Part shown: piece by piece, positions 59,531-64,000 of the stretch
How positions within the stretch are numbered: position 1 is the first letter of the stretch
How the letters are laid out: each line of letters starts with the position of its first letter
Assembly: GCA_973895155.1 (NCBI GenBank)
Contig: OZ316892.1
Location: 3,041,223 to 3,105,222, forward strand
Direction of reading: 5' to 3'
Length of the DNA stretch: 64,000 nt
From: Marsupella aquatica
Lineage: Eukaryota > Plantae > Marchantiophyta
Program-made: the position numbers and the translations under genes
The notes under the pieces: generated by a model
Told to the model about the DNA's origin: nothing
Database searches by the model: none
What the model saw: only the letters and a program-made list of their open reading frames with translations

Positions 59531-60495
59531 ATTCGACAAAAGAGGAGTTGCATTTAGGGTTTTTATTGCTAAAGTAGTTGCATAAGATGTTAATTTAATC
59601 TGTAGTTCCTTGGCACAAAAATGTCAAATCTGTAATACAACCATCTTACAATCCATGGGAGTGCTAATCATAGTTTGTGTGGGAGCTTGTGTGTGTGGAA
59701 GTCTTGTCATATTGGCTGGGGTTGTTGTTGTTGCCAGAATGTTATCATTTGGGTCACTGTTGTTATAGTGAGGGAGGACAGAGGTTATAGCACAAGGACC
59801 CAAGATGGGTGACAATGGCCACCGCATCGTGGAGTCTAAGCATGGTTAAGCAATAGGAGGGAGAGTTTTTTGTTTTGTCTTTAAGTTTTAATGAATAACT
59901 AAATATTTTTAGTTTTTATATTCATTCAGCATTTCTCAAGGGATTTTCAATTTTATTTTTCAATTTCACTTTTAATTTAATTCTAGTGTTAATTCTGGGC
60001 AGGTGCAGGCAGGCTTAGGGCAGCTCTGGCATATATTGGGATAGGAGGAGTGTTTGGGGCGATCTGATGGTGCCAAAAAAATCAGATTATGATGAGGGGC
60101 CAGGATTATAACCTGCCTATTCTCATTTTGCAAACAGACTGAAGAACTTTATGGCAGGACAGGGTGTTATAGTGTAATAAATAAACGGAAAAGAGTGGGA
60201 AGTTACTACTCACCAAAAAACAACATGGCAAAGTAGAAAATCTCAGATTGCAAAATTGAAGAGGCCAATCCAACTGATAAATTCCACTTTGCACTACCCT
60301 CCTTGGAAATCCTCTTTTGTACCCTCCTTCAGATTATTTCTTGTATTCTCATTGAAGGTGATAGCAATAACTTCATTGTCAGCTTGGCCAGAGATTCTCC
60401 TATCCACTATACATTCACAGAGACTACTCCCTGTAGTGTCATTAAATGTGCCTGGGTTTTCCCCCGGCCTACTGGAATATTGCCCTCTGTTTTCC

Positions 60496-61361
60496 CATTT
60501 TGGCTACTCCTTTTTTTGTCAGGGCAGGCTTTCCTGCACTCTCTGCCCCTGGAATATTTCACTCTGTTTTCACATTTTGGCTACTCCTTTTCTTGTCAGG
60601 GCAGGCTTTCCTACACTCTCTGCCCCTGCCCGACTGTGAATTACTGGGTTTCACTTATAATTCACTCTAACTTTTTCACAGGGGAGTTTTGAATTTCAAT
60701 TCATGGTGTCACTGGGGGCGGGATAGACCCTAAACTTTTCCTTCTCATTTTTGCTTGTAGACTGCAGACGAGATCGAGAATAGGTGAATGACGATATAAC
60801 TCCGATTTAAAAATGCTCTCAGTATCCATAGCCAGTTCTTTGGATGCGAAGATCGTAGGCACAGTGGTGAGCAGATTCAAATTTTCACAAGAGGGTATGG
60901 GTGAACCAGCACCATTACGTACTGCCCATAAGCTTCAAGTGTCAACAATGAGTTAACACAAGAAGCAAAAGTGATGTGCTCCAGGTCTACCTTCACTGCA
61001 ATCGCAAAGTAGTAAGTCCAACACAGGATTGGCTCAGGTCCAGCCGTGGAGTCTAAGTACGTTAACAATAATGGCGCAACGTCAAGTGAGAAGCTCGAGT
61101 CCACTTCACTACTACAGATTTAAACAACCCCTCAGATGAAGACATGCAAGGGCAAAAGACATTACACAGGAAGGGATAAGAACATTTCTTCTTCAAACAG
61201 ATTACACTCTAAACATGTCCCAATCCACGCACCGACTGAGTTTTGAAATCTTTGTGTAACAAGTCTATGCACAGTGCACCCTGGCATGAGGATTAGGGTA
61301 AGTAACCCTAAAGTACACTTAATGTAAAGTGAATCCCAGTAATTCACAGTAGGGCAAGGGC
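60496..61361. repeat. Tandem duplication plus a 35-bp inverted repeat pair
   Basis: A 56-bp unit occurs at 60496 and 60573. 60622-60656 is the reverse complement of 61327-61361 (core ACTGTGAATTACTGGG). Confidence 0.75.
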
Positions 61362-61605
61362 TTTCTAGTTCCAATTTTTATGTATAGACTATGCTTATGA
61401 GTAAAGATGGGCATGGGATCAGTGGGTACGGGGAGCCATGCCTGTGCACAAGCAACGGTATTCGGGACAGACCTGGGAGTCTGTGTAAGGGAGTCCTTCT
61501 TGTTCATAACCACTGGTCTTCAGGCAAGTGTTATCAATAATTGATAAGGAAAAGCTAAAAATGGCCCCTACTTCCAGCATAAAGCCTTGACTGTAACTAT
61601 TCTGA

Positions 61606-64000
61606 CACTACAACACTATGCACCTCTTTTGCGAACCACCACCCTTCGCATCATACAAAGGAAACAAAATCCGAAATACCCAATTTGCGAACTTACTCGC
61701 ATCGCAACGTCTTCGCTACTTCCCATCTCAAATTCTTCACAAACGGCCCTTTGCAACTTGCGATTCTAAATACGTCGCAACATCTCCGCAACGTTGCGAC
61801 GGCATTGTCCTTGCAAATATTGAGAAACGACAAATTTCATTATTTTGCGAGAACAAATGAATCGCTTGTGTTGCGATAACATTTACAACGCAATTTCCGA
61901 TGTTAAATTTCTCTATAACTTGCGATGCAAACAAACTCGTAAGATTGCGAAAAGCGGATGACCGCTTTGTTGCGAAGGCATTTAACTCGAAAACGTGTGG
62001 AGAGGTAGTCTTCGCTAGGGTTGTGATTTAGACAACATCGCAAGTGTTGCGATGCGTTTCTCCTCGGAATTTTTGCGATACGTTCACCGTGGCTCTTTGA
62101 GATGGGGGTTGGTTCCCAAAAGCTTCGCAAAATGTCTATTTCATGGGTTTTTGTGTATTTGGGTTAGGGTGAGGGAGACCATTCATGGGTTTTGAAGGAG
62201 GGAGGAAAGTGATGTTGACCCAGTCTGCCGCAATTAAAATGGCATTACTGAAAAAGTACAAAAGTTACAAAATGGAAGGGTAAAAACCCTTAGGTAAAGC
62301 GCCACGGCCATGCATGCTGATCGCTATACATGTGAACTCGATGTAAGTGCTCTAGCTACAACCTGTCTACATCGAGCTAGAAAGGAGTGTTCCTGCCCCT
62401 CCTTGCCTTCTTCCCCTTGGCCTTCTCCTTGCCCTTGTGTGCTCTTGGGGGGGGTGCAACCTGGACTTCCTCCTCCTCTTGGTCACCCTCCTCCTCATCC
62501 TCATCCTCATCCTCATCCCCACCTCCACCGCCCTGGCTTGCCGCGCTACCACCCCCAGCACCACTGGAACGTGCTGATGCAAATGACTGGTCTCCAGTGC
62601 TAGTTGGCCTGGCTTGAGTAGCAGGAGCTGTGCTCCCCTCCCCTATCCCCTCCACATCCTCATCACTACTATCGGTGCCACCCTCGGTATGGGAGTCACC
62701 ATCCTCCCCTCCCTGCTTCCATTAGCAAACCAGGGTGTCTGTTAGTCTCATATTCTTTACAAGTGTGAACAAAAGAGATATTCATTCAAAATTGCAATGA
62801 ATGTAATAACCTAAAAATTCTCACCAATAATTCATCAACTTGCTGAAAGAGATGCTCCTTCCCATGTTTCTGGCCCACCTCCATCTCAGCCGCCGTAATC
62901 TTCCTCTTGTACCTCTTGTACTAAGCCAAAACAAAACCAGCACAATTGGGTTAACACCAACCCATAACCCGATTCACATGGCTTCTAAAAATTAGGGGGT
63001 TTGTTGGGGCTGGTGGGGTGGTGCATCAAGGTTTTGGGGTTATGGAGGGTGGCATATATGGGGAAGACCCTCAAAGAACACTTAAACAATCGGAAAATTT
63101 AAAAATTCAAATTTTTGAAATTTTGCGAAGGCGCCAGCTTCGCAATCATAAGGACAATTACATTTGCGAAGCTGGTTGTGATGCGAACGTCTTCGCAATG
63201 CCTTCGCAAACATAAGCAAAAAAAGGGCATAATAAGGTTTGCGAAGGATTTGCGAAGCTACCCGCATCGCAAATGTATTGCAAACTCTGTCATGGCAAAA
63301 ACCCGAGAGGGAAGCAACTGTACGTGACCTAATCTGACACAACAAGTCTAATTGTAACTACTTGGTGGAAATGCAAGAAAGAGTTGGCTCATTGCAGGTG
63401 TGTTGGAATAGGAATTGGAGTAGCAAGAAGTCAAGGGAGGAGAGGGAGGTGCACTCACGAATGCTGCTTTGAGGCCGGGGAGGCCACCTTGACCCAGCCT
63501 GTGGGTGATGTTGGGCTTGTCTCGGACTCGCTCAGCTGCCTTCAGGAACTTGTTGGGTGGATCGCCTACTTCTGCTACAACCTGCTGGAGCTGGGCTACC
63601 TTCTGCTCCATCACCTTCAGGTCCCGGTCAGACTTCCCGGCCTCCTTTGCCCTTTGAGCCTTTGCCAGCTTCTCTGTGAAATCATTGAGGAGCCTGGCTG
63701 CTTTCAACTTCACCTCTGTTTGGTAGAAGGCCTGCCAGATATCTTTTGAGAATTGCAGCGGCCTCTGCAAATTCCTATACTCCTCCAAATCTCTAAGGTG
63801 AGACCTGATCTTCATTCTATCATGGTATCTAGCTTGTGACATGGAGTTTGAAATTTTGTCAGCAAGCCACTGTGAATCCATCTCTCCTCCATTTCGAAAT
63901 GCATCTTTCACCTGATTGATGACTCACTTTTGCTCTGCCTTTGAGCGAGTGCCCCACTCGACTCCTCTTGCAAAATTTGTGGATACAATGTGCCTGATTG
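61606..64000 (-). mobile_element. CACTA (En/Spm) DNA transposon, one end; continues beyond the window
   Basis: Terminus CACTACAACA at 61606, followed by about 500 bp of dense TTGCGA/TCGCAA subterminal repeats in both orientations, then a spliced TnpA-like gene. Confidence 0.8.
62377..64000 (-). pseudogene. CACTA TnpA/Ptta-like (Transposase_24-like) gene, 3' part, with an in-frame stop
   Basis: Exons 63459-64000+, 62825-62920 and 62377-62712 splice in phase. The product has a RDKPNITHRLGQGG motif, an acidic tract and a basic C-terminus. In-frame TGA at 63924-63926. Confidence 0.65.

Noticed and set aside
63912-63927. GTGAGT...CAG micro-intron that might remove the in-frame TGA
   Set aside because: Only 16 nt, far below the plant minimum intron size, and its removal would shift the frame.

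Overview
Eukaryotic nuclear DNA from a land plant, most likely a bryophyte (inferred from the gene set, intron style and the long DAZ1-like zinc finger; the species cannot be determined). All spliced gene models were reconstructed by hand. Host-type genes: an intronless PYR/PYL/RCAR ABA receptor, a 4-exon peroxisomal SCP2 with a GC-AG intron, a 2-exon small secreted protein that may be SPH-like, a 5-exon VTI1 Qb-SNARE, a 10-exon RMC1/Mic1 gene, and a 1100-aa six-finger DAZ1/ZAT-like C2H2 repressor. Disabled or mobile DNA: a MAPKKK pseudogene split by a solo LTR, a 5'-truncated CRE-like (restriction-like endonuclease) non-LTR retrotransposon, a foldback MITE, a probable second solo LTR, and a CACTA element running off the right edge. 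The most striking item is an intact, intronless DUF726/TMCO4 lipase-like gene (16696-18687). It reads as a filamentous-ascomycete protein rather than a plant one, so it is a candidate fungus-to-plant horizontal transfer sitting among plant genes. Family assignments come from recalled motifs, not from database searches.
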